From Lingula anatina (Eukaryota; Animalia; Brachiopoda): a stretch of 64,000 nucleotides of DNA. The stretch is taken from the NCBI GenBank assembly GCA_051362555.1, contig CM120648.1, positions 163,721 through 227,720 on the forward strand, read 5' to 3'. The notes below the pieces were generated by a model. It saw nothing but the letters and a program-made list of their open reading frames with translations. It was not told where the DNA came from and searched no databases. This document shows, piece by piece, positions 14,227-27,455 of the stretch. Position 1 is the stretch's first letter, and each line of letters starts with the position of its first letter. Made by a program: the position numbers and the translations under genes.

Positions 14227-16690
14227 CTAATTATTATTACAACAAAGACCCAACAGACAAACAATCACCATCACAACATACCTGCATAACAATCAGCAGA
14301 TCCATAACGAGAATAAACGACGCTAAGAACGACCTTGACACCTCATTGGTCGGCAAGAAGTCTCGATTCAGGGTGTCCCAGTTAATCCAATCTGTTGCAA
14401 TCACCATGACAACAACTATACTCAGAGTGATGACGCAGACCCAGAAGAGGATGATTCGATTGATTTTTCTGTTCCACCATCCGCGTACAGGGGTGGCCCA
14501 ACCAGGGTAGAGTTTTTCTTGGAGCATAATGTCTGTTACCTGAAGTGTACATACCAATTTTTAATTCAAAAGTCAAATAAGTATCTGTATCTCTCTTAAC
14601 ACAAATGTGTCACTCAGTAATATGTTACAGTTCTAGAGTTGCCTGATCTTAAAGTTTATATAGAAATATTATAGCTACACACACAACTGACAGTAAAATC
14701 TTTTGTTATAAAATACAAATGATACTCAACTTACAGGTAACTGCTTACTTAAAAAACAAAACAAGAAATTATAAACAAACAAATATAAAATAAAAGGAAT
14801 CAGATAAATACCCGGTAAATGAAATCAACTAATATAAATTGAAAAGTTATAAAGAAAGCCACCCCTCCATCTACTGGTGCTACTCACCATCCAAGCAGTG
14901 AAGAAGTCTCCACACCACGTCCCACACGCTGCAGCCTTCATAAAGATGGCGTTATTTATCCCCATGAGTCCTGAGAGAGCGTAAGACTGTGTGCTGGCGC
15001 CACCTATCAGCAGGAACAGGTTGTACACGTACGAGAAGACAAAGGTCCAAAGAATACAACACAGAAACATGATCATCCAGGACCCTTGGTCGTCTGAGAA
15101 CATTTCCAGTTTCAGAACACGGTCTGGAAAATTACAGATTTAATAATGAATGATAATTAAATATACAATTTTGTACAATATGCCAGTACTGCTGGAGAGC
15201 ACTTTGTGTTCAGTTTTCTCTTTTGATTTTTCCTTTTCTTTTTTTAGGGTTTGAAACATTGCAAATGACAATAATTCTGTGCTTGATAAAGTAACACAAA
15301 TTAGAGGGCTCTTTCCTATTCCATTAACAGTGTCTTTTGAATCACCACAGATAAATAATGAACAAAAGACAAAGAAAAATACACCTACATACACTTTCAA
15401 CTCATATATAAATCAATCATGAAACATAATGAACACAAATTACTTTCAATACTTTCACATTCAAATAAGATTAAACATGTTCCAGTATGACACAAGACCT
15501 TGAAACAAGTGTTGGTATCTGGCATGACTTGATAATTAGAAATTAACACTAATTTTTTAATGCAAGCTTAAATTAACTTACACAACTCCATAAAAATTTA
15601 ACAAGAATTATCTTAAAAGTAAGTAAAACAGAAAATTCATGCAAATAAAACTTACTCAACAGCAACTTATGTATAACAAACTTCCCAAAGAAAATGCCAA
15701 TAGTGATTCCTAATATCCAACAAAAAACCTTGAGGACAGACCATGCATTGTCAGGGTAATAGGAACACACCAATGCAAAGGCATTCCCAATAGCTGGAAT
15801 TGTGGCCTCCTTGTAACTATGTGCCACAGGATCTTCTGCGTAAATCAGAAAGTTACAAAAAACAACAAAATATGCCACGAAGAGGCGTGCATAGGGGTGC
15901 TGAAAGTAGTAGCGGAAGTCTTTTTTCATATAGAGGGAAAATTGGCTGATTGAATCCCCTTGCACAAAACAGCTGTCTATCTTGTCCAGTTCACGATAAC
16001 CTTCACCTAGACCTTGACCTCTTCCATCCGCAGTGTCCTTGGTGACCCCATCCACGCCATCACCTGTCACAATAGCAGAAGGTTCTTCTGTCTTTGTGTC
16101 CATCTCTCCACTGGCCTTTTTCTTCTTTGGTTTGTTCATGACTGAGTTTTTACTAACAGCTGTGCGATACGAGCCACGCGTTGTTGAATCTTCAAAGCCT
16201 ATGGCGGAGGATCGCACTGGTGGAGTTATGACATCACTGGAGGAAGAGGAGGCCCGTTTGCCTGGTGTGACTTGCTAAAAATAAAACAATCAATTGATAT
16301 CAGGAGAGGAGAATTGTGAGAATAAAATTAATATTATGAGAATTTGACAGTTATGAGTACTGACTGATTCACATAATTTCCACCCCCCAACCCCAATCAA
16401 CAATAAATCTAATGCCCTGAAATCAAAATATCAAATTTTTTCTTCAACCATATCAAGGTTCAGAACTAACTCATGTTCATTACAATTTCTCATGGTTTTC
16501 TGGTAAAAAGCTTCAATGCACATGCATCTATGTATTTACTGCAAGAACCACGCCCTTTTCCCAGGACATGAAAGCTTTACATGTACTAGACTAGTATGCT
16601 TTCGCAATTTACTAGTACCTTAATTCTTTTCTACAGTATCTAACAAAGAATATTTGCTACTGTAATTATTACCTTCTCACAACTGATCAT
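11753..16690 (-). CDS. TMEM117: Transmembrane protein 117 homolog, 6 coding exons
   Basis: Exons 16690-16673 (putative start MISCEK), 16274-15656, 15123-14888, 14539-14282, 13853-13724 and 12633-11753 join in frame. Signature segments KDFRYYFQHPYARL, AEDPVAHS, GTWCGDFFTAWMVTDIMLQ, MQDWDFPHF and GKWFNYGILFIVMLLDLNMWKNQIFY. The first exon is less certain. Confidence 0.93.
12748..13498. mobile_element. Foldback/MITE element enclosing the 76-bp array
   Basis: Left arm ttgctgaatgcaatcag...attaacatgcctcc is the inverse of right arm ggaggctagttaatctgattgcattcagcaa. An array-free relative sits at 48063-48180. Confidence 0.7.
12797..13464. repeat. 76-bp tandem repeat, ~8.8 near-identical copies, in the last TMEM117 intron
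   Basis: Unit gcctccacttgtttccaacatactgatataatcaccagttttactgtattcta(c/a)tcaacatcaggataaggcataa starts at 12797, 12873, 12949, 13025, 13101, 13177, 13253, 13329 and 13405. Confidence 0.97.
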
Positions 16691-16839
16691 AGACCTCCAA
16701 ACTTCTAATTTTTTGGAAACACTGACTTAAACAACCTGGTTTGCTCAAGTCTTCATTGCATGTGATAAGTGTTAATCAACGCAAGGGCAAAGGCAAAGGC
16801 CAAAGCAGCGAGACTAACCCACAAAATAAATAAATAAAA

Positions 16840-17330
16840 TACCTTAGTTTCCACTGCCACTTTATCGTTTTGCGGTTCAACTTCATTGGTTTCCATTATT
16901 TTGCTGATATACTATGAGTACTCCCACGACGACAATTGCATTCAATTTGAAAATGGAGCCCCTAATCGGCCAAAATTCAGAGTTAGTAAGGAATGTTTTG
17001 CTGTTGCCATTTCCTGATTTGCTCCATGTAAAGCTTATTTGATAAGTATATTTTAGTTTCGTTACAATGATTTTTAGAAGGCACTTTGTCAGGTGAATAA
17101 ATTTCCTCGAACATAAAATACGTGATAAAAACAAAATAACTGTACAGTAAAAAGCTATTTCAATGTGTGTTGTCCTAATAAAGAAAACACCTAGCTTATA
17201 CAAAACTTCGAGTAGTAAGTGGTTGAATAAATTTCAGCTCAGCATGTAGGTGCTTCCTTCAACTTCCGGCGTCGCGCTCAGGCGTGGAATTCACACAGAT
17301 GTTGGTTTGGTGAGCTTGATCATGTATAAT
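16840..17330. promoter_or_regulatory. Putative bidirectional promoter region, TMEM117/ERGIC2
   Basis: Head-to-head genes with a local CpG increase, ETS motif ACTTCCGG at ~17262, a minus-strand donor at ~16841 and a plus-strand donor gtgagc at ~17310 (candidate non-coding first exons). Confidence 0.5.
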
Positions 17331-17838
17331 GTACCTAAGATTATGATTAAAATTAGCTTATATAATTTTAATAAAACCAGTTTCATTCCAAAAACCAATT
17401 TAAGAAAATGTATCGACTGCTTTCCTTTCAAACAAGGCATTTATTTTTGGTCCTAAGAAATTTTCCCTTGACAACGGTGTAATTTTAAAATTCTTAGATT
17501 ATCAAGCTAGCACAAGACATCGTCTGGATTGAATATTTGAACGGTTATCAGATCCACCTTATCTCATTAACGATACAGATCGTTAGAATTTTTGAAAATA
17601 TTCCAGTTTAATATAGAAATTATTTCTTTTGTGTGAAAAATGTTATTGTCGCTTGGTCTACTGGTACAATGTAGCTCCCCAACTGAGCTTTTTTAAAATA
17701 TTTATTTTGCATACTTCCGTGAGGGCATTAGCAACTTCAATATTTTTAGAAACATGCGTAACTTTTAGCCACATTAAAAGAGTGAACATCTAAGTATTTG
17801 TTATTTTTCATGTTTATAAAGGTTTCTTGGAGTGTGTT

Positions 17839-20800
17839 ATGCCAGGGATAACAATGTTGAGGAAGAGAACACTTAAGATTGTGAAAGAACTTGATGCTTT
17901 TCCTAAAGTCCCTAAGGACTATGCAGAAACAGGCAGCAGTGGAGGGGGAGGTTAGTTCTATAACTACACAAGTATATCTACTATAGCTTCCAGTGCAAAG
18001 ATTTATAATTGGCCGGACTCTTTATATAACATGATACATGTAATCATAGATAATACCTTTGTATTGGGAAACATTTGAACATGGTAAACATAACCTGTCA
18101 TAAGAGTAATAAAAATCTTACAGTATGTTTAGTTTTCCATTTTTCTGTATTTATATGATGCAAATTTCCCAATGTTTCACAGTATATGATCAGATTTTTC
18201 ACTGAGACAGACAAGACTTTTAATTTTCCTTTGCTATACTAAATGGCGAACAGTACTGTCATTATATATAAGAATCTGTATAGGAAAAAATGTTACAGTA
18301 ATATAATCCACATATATTATCTGCAGCTGTGTCCATCTTGATCTTCCTGGTGATGGCAGCTCTAGTTGTCTCAGAAATCATGAACTACGTCAGCACAGAG
18401 ATGCACTTCAATTATGAAGTTGATGCTCAGATAGACAGGTAGGAGGGTGCTACATAACAACTAAACAGTTACTTGAGTGTCTCAAGCAAAATGTAAAGGC
18501 TGTCAGTAACTTCTGTAACTTTAGTTGATTCTCAAAAAAAAACTTGATTATTACTATAAAGAAGCAACTTCCAGTTTCAGAAACTTTTTAAAGTCTCCTC
18601 TTTGAACTGAAGGTTTAAGATAACAGCCAAAGCCTTTTCTTTTGATTTATCTCAGAAGAAGACATCTATGTTGTTTAACTTGTAGAAAATATTGTCATTT
18701 ATTGTTTAACATCAGTGCCTTAACAGCATATTGTTAACATTTTGTTTTCCAGAAAATTGAAGATCAATGTTGATATCACAGTTGCTATGGCTTGTGATGG
18801 TGAGTGTTTATTATAACTATACTGAGATCTATGGGGGGCATTAATGCTGTTAATGACTGGTCATGACTCCTTAATGCCTGGTCTTGGTTGTTAACTTCAT
18901 TTGACTGCTTGCATTACAATGTATCTTAGTGTCCAGTTTATGGAATGTCACAGTAGTCCATAAAATATGCAGGTATCTGTTTGGGCAAATGTATTGGAAA
19001 TTAATTCTATTTTGATTTGGCTCAATACTGAAAGAGAAAAGAAAAAAGAATCTCATAAAAACTGTTTGAAAGCTGCTACAGTATTTTTTGTGATCCTCCA
19101 AAGCACAATGTGTTTTAAATTATTAGCAAAGTGTCTTTTTCTAAATGGGTCTTTCAAAATTTATATATTTTAGTCTCTTTCCCACATTTTAGCACTGGGG
19201 GCAGACATAGTAGAACTGACTGACCAAGGTTCCCACACAGAAGTCGAGGGTCAGTTAGAGCAGGACCCTGTCCACTTTGAGCTCAGTGACAGACAGCGGC
19301 AGTACTTTGCCACTATACAACATGTGAACACATATCTGCGCAATCAATACCATGCTATCCAGGCTGTGCTTTGGAAGTCAGGGTATTCAGGCATGGGAGT
19401 AGAAATGCCAAGAGGGTATGGTGTAATGTCTCTGAATCAAAATTTACATGAGTTTGATTCCTAACTTACTACATGTAGTACACATGTAAGACAACTGCCT
19501 AGAAGCTGCGGCTTACAGACTGTAACAGTAAAATGTCTTCTAAAATAAGGATTGGATTAAAATCATTTATTAAAGATGCAGTTGCTCCATTCATTTCTCT
19601 GTCTCATGCACAACAGTATGCTCTTTTCATAGTTGTTATTAACCTTGCATTTCTCTAATCTCCTTTAGTTCTTGCATGTAAGCTGTGAAGTTTTTTTCTC
19701 AGAGCTACATTGTGTTGCACCATATTTCAGTCCATTAGAAAGTGTTCCAGGAGAAGCAAAGGCTTGCAGACTCCATGGTTCCATATATGTCAACAAAGTC
19801 TCAGGGAATTTCCATATAACTGCAGGGAAGTAAGTATACATAGTGGCATTGTCACATCTAACATATTGTTTAATAGGTCTATGAGTAACGAGTGCGATTC
19901 TTGGGTGATTTTACGGTATTTATGCTTTTAATATTCAAAGGCTTTCTTTGCTGATTTGGCATAGGAGTGTAGGCATGATCTGTTCAAATGTTTTAATCTT
20001 AATCTTTACATGGTGCTATCTGCTAATCAGTGACAAAATAAGTAAATCAGTTAATATACTATGTTCTCAGTTGAGATTTTGCCTCTCCACTTTTGATCTC
20101 AGATTTTCCTCAACTTTTTTTTCAGAAGTATTCCTCACCCAAGAGGTCATGTCCACCTCACAGACTCCATATACAGGGAAGGTGAGTAGCAGCTTAGATG
20201 TTGTTGTAACCAGAGGCAGAATTAGTAACTGCTGAGTATGAATTTGTTCCTTATTGTACACATTTATCACCTTCAATTCTCTATTGAAGGTTAAGTTAAT
20301 AAGTGTGTATCTCAACAAGTCCAGTATCATAGCACACACTGTAATGGTCAACATCATGTTATAACTATCCTATATAAAAAATCCTCTGCTGTGAACAGCA
20401 TTCCCTCGGGTAACAGAACACCTAACACAATTCCAATAATAGAACACCTAACATTTCAAGTAATAGTACACCTATCACAATTTCAAATGTTATTTCATAT
20501 TCTTCTCTTTGCTTCAGATCACAACTTCTCCCACAGGATAGAGAGGCTGTCTTTTGGTGAAGTTGGTCCAGGAGTTGTCAGCCCACTGGATGGGGATGAA
20601 GTTCTGACCACAGAACGTTAGTAGAAATATGAATTGAGACATATCCCGTTTTGCTGATTTTCATATTTCTAATCAATCTCTCCCTTCTGCTTTGCTTGCT
20701 TCATGGCCTTGTCTTTTCTACTTGTCTTTTTTGATAAACTTATGAGCATGCTACATGTTTAAGGATTGGTTTTCTGTAAAAGTAATCAATGAAATTATCA

Positions 20801-21930
20801 ATAATTTTCTGCATTTTTCATTTTATGAAAATGATATTTTTATATTATTCTTACTAATTTTTTAGTATTTCAGCTTAAAGGAATTTTTCTCTTTTTAGAT
20901 TTGTATCAATTTTTTTTCCAGCTTACAAAATGTTTCAGTATTTCATCCAAATAGTCCCGACAAAGGTGCGAACACTTGCTCACAGCGTAGATACATACCA
21001 GTTTTCTGTCACCACACTTGTAAGAATATTTTTTAAATATTCATTTTATTAAAATACAAAGTAAGTATTATAATAAATCAATGGAAAGCAAAAGTGGCTG
21101 ATGTTTTTTATGTCTTTGTTAGCAAAGATTGAATAAAGTTAACATATTTATTTTTTCATTTAGAATTTAACAACCTTTTAATTATTTTTTGTATGCTAAT
21201 TATTTTGCTATTTAACTAAAGAATGAGGTTTTAAAGAATATGTGTAGCATGCTAGATGATTTAAGAATCACTTAACTATAACACAATATCAAATAGATTC
21301 ATGCATTCATATATTAGCTATCAACTGGTAAACAGTGCTAAATATAACCAAGGAGTTACAATCTGTTATAAGTCCTTGATATAACAGAGGTTTTGCTGTT
21401 TTCAGAACCGCACCATAGACCACAGTCTACCTGGACATGGAGGCGGAGGAGCTCCTGGGATTTTCTTTAAGTACAAATTCTCTCCTTTAACTGTGATTGG
21501 TACCGAGGAGCGTAAATCAGTCTGGAAGTTCACAGTGAGGCTGTGTGGCATTGTGGGAGGAATCTTCAGCACGGCAGGTAGTTTATAATTTCTGATATTT
21601 TTCCACATAAACAAAAAACACAGAAGTAAGATTCTAATATGGTTGTCTTGCAGCATAAAAGTATATTTATATTGTATGTTTTGGTTAGCAAAGTGATTCT
21701 TACCCAAAGGTTGTAACACATTTGGATAAACAGAAAACAAAGGGAATCAATATCAGAGAATGCACAGAGTTAGCAGCCATATATATGTACTGAAGCATTA
21801 CAAACACAGTTTTCATTGTCTATAATCCAGCTGTCAATATTTGTTTGCAGGTCTGCTTCAGAGACTTTGTGGCTATGTGACAAATCTCTTGCTTGGCCAC
21901 TTTTCCAAACAACAACATTCCTCATCCTAG
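17839..21930 (+). CDS. ERGIC2: ER-Golgi intermediate compartment protein 2, 10 coding exons
   Basis: Exons 17839-17950, 18327-18438, 18753-18799, 19193-19415, 19731-19829, 20126-20181, 20518-20616, 20922-21019, 21406-21577 and 21851-21930 are phase-compatible. Motifs VKELDAFPKVP, KLKINVDITVAM, CRLHGSIYVNKVSGNFHIT, IPHPRGH, NFSHRIERLSFG, MFQYFIQIVPT and RLCGIVGGIFST. The start may be 17854. Confidence 0.93.
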
Positions 21931-23350
21931 GTTTATACAGGATTATCCTTGCATAATGGGGCATGAAATGTATGCAGATTTAAATTTTAAACGTTCAATC
22001 TGGTTCTCTGTACGCATGTAGGTTTTGGCTGGCTTGTATATGCCAGTAGATAAAGCCAGCTTTGATCCTTTCCCTCCAGCTGCACTTCAGAATAATCTGC
22101 TCCCAGTCAAATAAGGGGATTTTTGATTGTTTTTTGACTTAATCAAAAGATAATCAGTTTTTATTGTCATTGATGAAACAATTAGATGGATTTTAGGTTC
22201 TTTTTTTCAACAATTATGTAGCAAAAATATATAGCAATACCTTTTAAGCAGGATGATATAGTATTAATTGTGATCATTCCAAGTTTTTAAGTCTATGTTT
22301 TAGACAATTTGTTAGGGTGTTTTTCATGTTGAAATGTGATCATTTTTGTTTTGTTTTATTTTATACTTGTTGCAACCTTAATAGCATAAATTTTGAAAAA
22401 TGATTTTGCTTTCACCACAGAAGAGCAGTTACACTTTATTTATGATTATGTAATAAATTTGACAGTGAACAAAAAAATTTTGTAATTCATCTATTTATTA
22501 ATATAAGAAATTGTTTTCTTTACATTGGCAAGATTCTGGCTCTTAAAGGATCTGTTCACATACCAATCTGGTCCTGGAACAAGGCTGTCTCTGAGAAGAA
22601 GGCAAGAATACATACTGTACAGCAAAGAGATTTTTATAAAATTTCACCTTGCCACAAGACACACATTGGATCAATTTTCGATCCTAAACTGCTCTTGTCT
22701 GTACAGATCAGTCAGCAATTCATAAAGAAAGTAGTTCTTTTCATGTATTCATACTTCACCTAAGTTGATCTTTTGATTTCAGAGTCAAAACATCAAGATG
22801 TCTTGGAAAATAAAAAAAAAAAAATTAAAAGCAGTTAATTAAAAAGCCATTCAAGAAAGAGCAAAGTGTTGCTTAGGCCAGCAAGACAATAACAATGTGT
22901 ACAATCAAAACAATACCTTTTTTGGTAAAGAAGAGAGGCTTAATCTAGATAATAAATATATTGTACAGGAAGCTGCAAAACTAAGATATATACAACACCA
23001 AAATGGACAGTGGTAAAAATAATGGTAAAGAATTATGACAGAGGAAAATGTTTGGAATGTTTTGGGGCTAGGAGGAATGGGCTAACCACATGATTATGCT
23101 AGTGTTCATAATTGATGATGAACTTAGACAATCTAAGCCATATGGCTTTCCTGTCAGACACCTGGCAGTTAATACAATCACAGACATTGAAAAAAAAAAA
23201 TGAAAGAGGCATTACTGTGGGAAATATAAAATGGGAACACAGGTCAGCTCCAGAAATAAGAATTTCAAGATAAGAAGCATAAAATGCAGCTGAGATTGAA
23301 GAGCTACACCACTTCATATAAAATAAATATACTCCAAGGATGGCATAATA

Positions 23351-24966
23351 TTAGCTGTCAAGAAGAGGGAGAACTCCTGTGGTCAGTTTATCCTCTCCAG
23401 ATCTTATATCACCTGGCAAAACATCTGGCAGGCGTTTCGCCAAATCAATTATACCAATCTCTGCAAAAATGTCTCGTAACTGTTGCATGCACTCGTGACC
23501 ACTTTTGTCAAACTCTGCCTCATTCCACATACACAACATACGTACAATTTTCACATGTGGGTTATGAGGGTGCTTGGTCTCCATGTGATCCAGTTCAATA
23601 TCCGTGAAGCCTAATTTACTCCCTAGATGTCGCCAGCTGCTGCCTACACGCTCTGCCAGTTTGTCTAGCCATCGGGCACTCAAGGGACCTACCAGAAAAA
23701 ATGTTTGTTCCAAAACATTAAAAAATGCTGATTTTGCATTAAGTAACTGTTATCATATTATACACACACACACAATTACCTAGGTACCTTTGATTTTATT
23801 TATTTAATTCTTCTCATGAAAATTAACTTCATTTTGATGGGCATTTATTTGTCAAATGATACTACAACCAGCAAAACAAAGTGGAACAAATTGATGATTA
23901 AATGTACTGGTAAATGTAATGTCCATGTGCATCCTTCCTCCTACTTATCCTCCAAGACTACCCCCACCTATTCTCCCAGCTTTAAGGTACTGCTCCACAA
24001 TGTGACCCTGTCCATCTTCAATGAGAGCATCACAAAACAGCTGAAATGCCTCTTCTCCCAGAATGCTGAGTTCCTCCAGTAACTGATCTACCTGATTTGT
24101 AGATGATCCTTGGTTCTGAAAAGTGAAATATTCAATTAATTTGGAGAGGGATAATGGGGGGGGGGGGGGGGCTGTTGTGTACAGATGCAGACTTGTAGCC
24201 AGTTTTTTCAAAGGGCTGGTTATTTATTGAAAAGTGGACCATGAAATCTTTGTGAAACTGTATCAAAATTTACCAATTAAAGAAGGGACCTTTACCAAGC
24301 ATAAAGGGGTGGCTATGGGGCCTAGTCACAACATTTGTCTGTATATGTGCTAATCACTCTGCCTGTACCTGTTACTGTCAACAATGCCTGTACTATCACC
24401 ATCTGACACAATTTCAGAAGTCCAGTTTATGGGCCTTATTTAAACCTGATTCCACAGCTTGATTTTAACTTGGATTCAGTGGATGACACACAATGTTTAC
24501 CTGTATAAATCGTATCATGAAATGATCCAAGACATCTTTGTCTACCAAATATGTGTACAGTCTTCCATTGACATTAATTCTCTGTGTTAGATCTGAGTGG
24601 TGCTTTAACAGTCTTGACACATGCTCTGGTTTCATCATTCTGTGTCAAATATAAAAAAATCCATTGTTTCAATACAGAGATTAAATTGTAGTTCTGCACA
24701 TATTTTATATATTCACACTTTATTATTTACATATTAGTAACGTCAATAGATTCAAAACAGAAATATATAATGGTACTTATATTGTATATGATTGATATGC
24801 ATGTACCAGTCACATACCCTGTATACTGTATTTTACATTGTATACAAACACTCCAGTAACATGCATGTACTGAGTACAAGTATTTGTTGTCCCATGAAAT
24901 TTCATTGATTTTTAGTTTGGAAAAATTAACAGTCTGTGATTACATGCAAAATCACCTGAAACCCAT
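23351..24966 (-). CDS. CARD + death domain adaptor, CRADD/RAIDD-like
   Basis: Exons 24966-24956 (tentative), 24639-24501, 24115-23968 and 23688-23351 join in frame. N-terminal CARD-like region (...LLEELSILGEEAFQLFCDAL), then a death domain LAERVGSSWRHLGSKLGF...KHPHNPHVKIVRMLCMW resembling RAIDD NHPHNVQSQVVEAFIRW. Confidence 0.8.
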
Positions 24967-25310
24967 GGGAATTTGTCAATTCTACTTTACGTGTCAAAAT
25001 CCCGTTCGGTTCCTGCAGGCATAGTTTTTATGTCAATTTATCAACCGTCTGCTTGGTTGAATTTTTTGCTACTTAGTCTAACGCGACATAAGGCACAAAT
25101 ACGTATTACTTACCACTTCCGAAAACAGCGCAGCTTCACCTCAGATACACAAATATATATTGTTGGCGGTTTCAGTGACCGACGAAGGAATTAACTTCGA
25201 GTGAGAAATTGTCAGCGCCAGTCAATTTTTGTATCCTAGCAATGACCTTGACCTTCACTTGGATTGAAATGGGGACAATGTTGTCATCGATATGAATTCT
25301 GATCTAAGGG

Positions 25311-25520
25311 TCTATTCCCACAACTTTAGATCGATCTATCACCGCGGGGAGTCTCACTAGATTACTGTCAGATAATCCCCCTTAAGTGTCCGTCCCCGCT
25401 TACTAGAAAGCTATAAGGGGTAATTAACTTTCGTGTCCGCCCGGCTGACAGCTATTTAGCGTGAACCCCCAGGGAGTAAGGTCGATCTAAAGTAGGTCGA
25501 TCTAATCTATGGAAATGGGG
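25311..25520. mobile_element. MITE-like element with long imperfect inverted arms
   Basis: actttagatcgatcta...ctgtcag pairs with ctgacag...ggtcgatctaaagt; the right arm carries a duplicated ggtcgatcta. Confidence 0.55.
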
Positions 25521-26601
25521 TGTTACTTGCACTAGACAGCACGGCACGGTTTTTAATTTGCTGGATTTCAGTTCTGCAGTGTTGTTTGATTGAGATGAAA
25601 GCGAAAGATGAATTCGTTTGTGCCAAATTTGTAATTTTCTCAAATGTCAATTATTTTTTACAAATACTATTTTAACGTTTAGCGTATTTATGTCTGGACC
25701 ACTGGGCGCATTGTGATGTAGGCCTTCTATTTCACAAAAATTCGAAATCAATTCAGTCAATCTCAAAGTTTGGTGAAAACGCTGATTGGATGAAAGTCTA
25801 GGATACGTCTAATGAGAAAACTGCATTTTGTTGAATTGTTCCTTTCAGCAGCACAATACACGTACCTGTAGGCCTATATCTCCGTAACCTTTGATGGCTC
25901 CGGATTTGAACAAACCTCGCTTTGACTCGTTCGCGTTTAGCCTGTACTGGTTAGATCGTTCAATGAGTCATTTGGGGCGGGCTTTAAATGTGAGTGTCTG
26001 GCCACCAGGCCTAACGAAAAGCAAGGGTATCCAACTGTGTAGAGGTCTGTTTCAAGTTATCTCTGAAGCTCAGAGTGCGCCCAGAACAGTGACTATATTG
26101 AGATATAGGGATATATACATCCTACCTAATATGAATAATGACAAAATAACATGCGTTACGTATGGGCAAATCACTGGTCTACAAACCTGTAGTAATGATA
26201 CTAACCTGACATTACCAGTTTTTAATAAAATACTAATTTAGAAACATAATACAAATCCAGCTGTTGATCAAGGTATAAACAAAATGGTGCAATAGGCCTA
26301 CTTTCGTAACCCCTCTGTACATGCATGTAAAATCACATAGAAAATATGCAACACATTATTTTTTTATTATTGGGTCTTAATTTATTGTCTATTCGACAAA
26401 TGTTTTTGCAATGAAAAACAATCAATCAAAAACAATTAAAACTATCGTTTAACTAGTTAAAAAGGACATATACTGTGGTGGTAATTAATTGTGCGCAGCC
26501 TAGGATTTCTACTGGCTTAAAAGTCTCCATCTTCTTCATAGCAGGGGATTATATCCGATATAATTCCCTGTTTATAGATACCTGAGGGATAGAAAAGCAT
26601 A

Positions 26602-27410
26602 TTAAAAGCAGCTGATCAAAATCAAGACAATGGACATCATCATGGCGGCCAGTTTTGGCCTAACATCAACACCGCTGGAAACCTGACCGGCAGTGATGGC
26701 ACTGTTTTTGATTGCAACCACTCTGGTAGGGGCCCCACTTCCGTCCTTGTGCAGCATGTGAAACACAAAGGCCGTCGTTCCGGTGTTCGGCAACTTGTCA
26801 AGATTGGCTACATTCTCCAGCGCGAGCTTCTTGGCTCCAAGAAAGGCCACGTGCGCTGGAAATGACGTCGTTTGCCCTGCGTCGTAGCTAATGGCATCAC
26901 TACCGACTCCGTTGATATTTCGATTGTTAACTAACCATTTCGCTGCATCCGCTGAAAATCCTGGAAAATGAAGAAGGGGCTGTCCTTCATCATTTACCCA
27001 ATGGGTTCGGTTTGTAGAGCCAAGGTATTTTTCAAAATCATTGACAAATTTTCCCCAGCCCGTGCGAAGAAATACCATGGCGTTGTCAGGTATTCGGCCA
27101 TTTTCCTTCTCCCAGTCTTCCAAGTCCTGGACGGTAAGGACAGCGTCCGTGTTATTTTCAGCTTTTTTGCTCATGTCCACTCTGACGGCAGGACCGATGA
27201 GAATGTGCGGAGGAATATCGTGGACTCGCCACGAACCTTTTATGTAGTGCGCAGGCGCGTCAAGATGTGTACCCACGTGTTCTGGTGAACAGAATCGGTT
27301 CATTTCACTCCTAAAAAATGTATTATTTAAAAATGTATTATTTAAAAATGCATTAAGTTACTGCAAGGCTGGTATTAATTTTGTAAGTGAGGAAATATTT
27401 CGTAATAATA

Positions 27411-27455
<45 letters not shown>

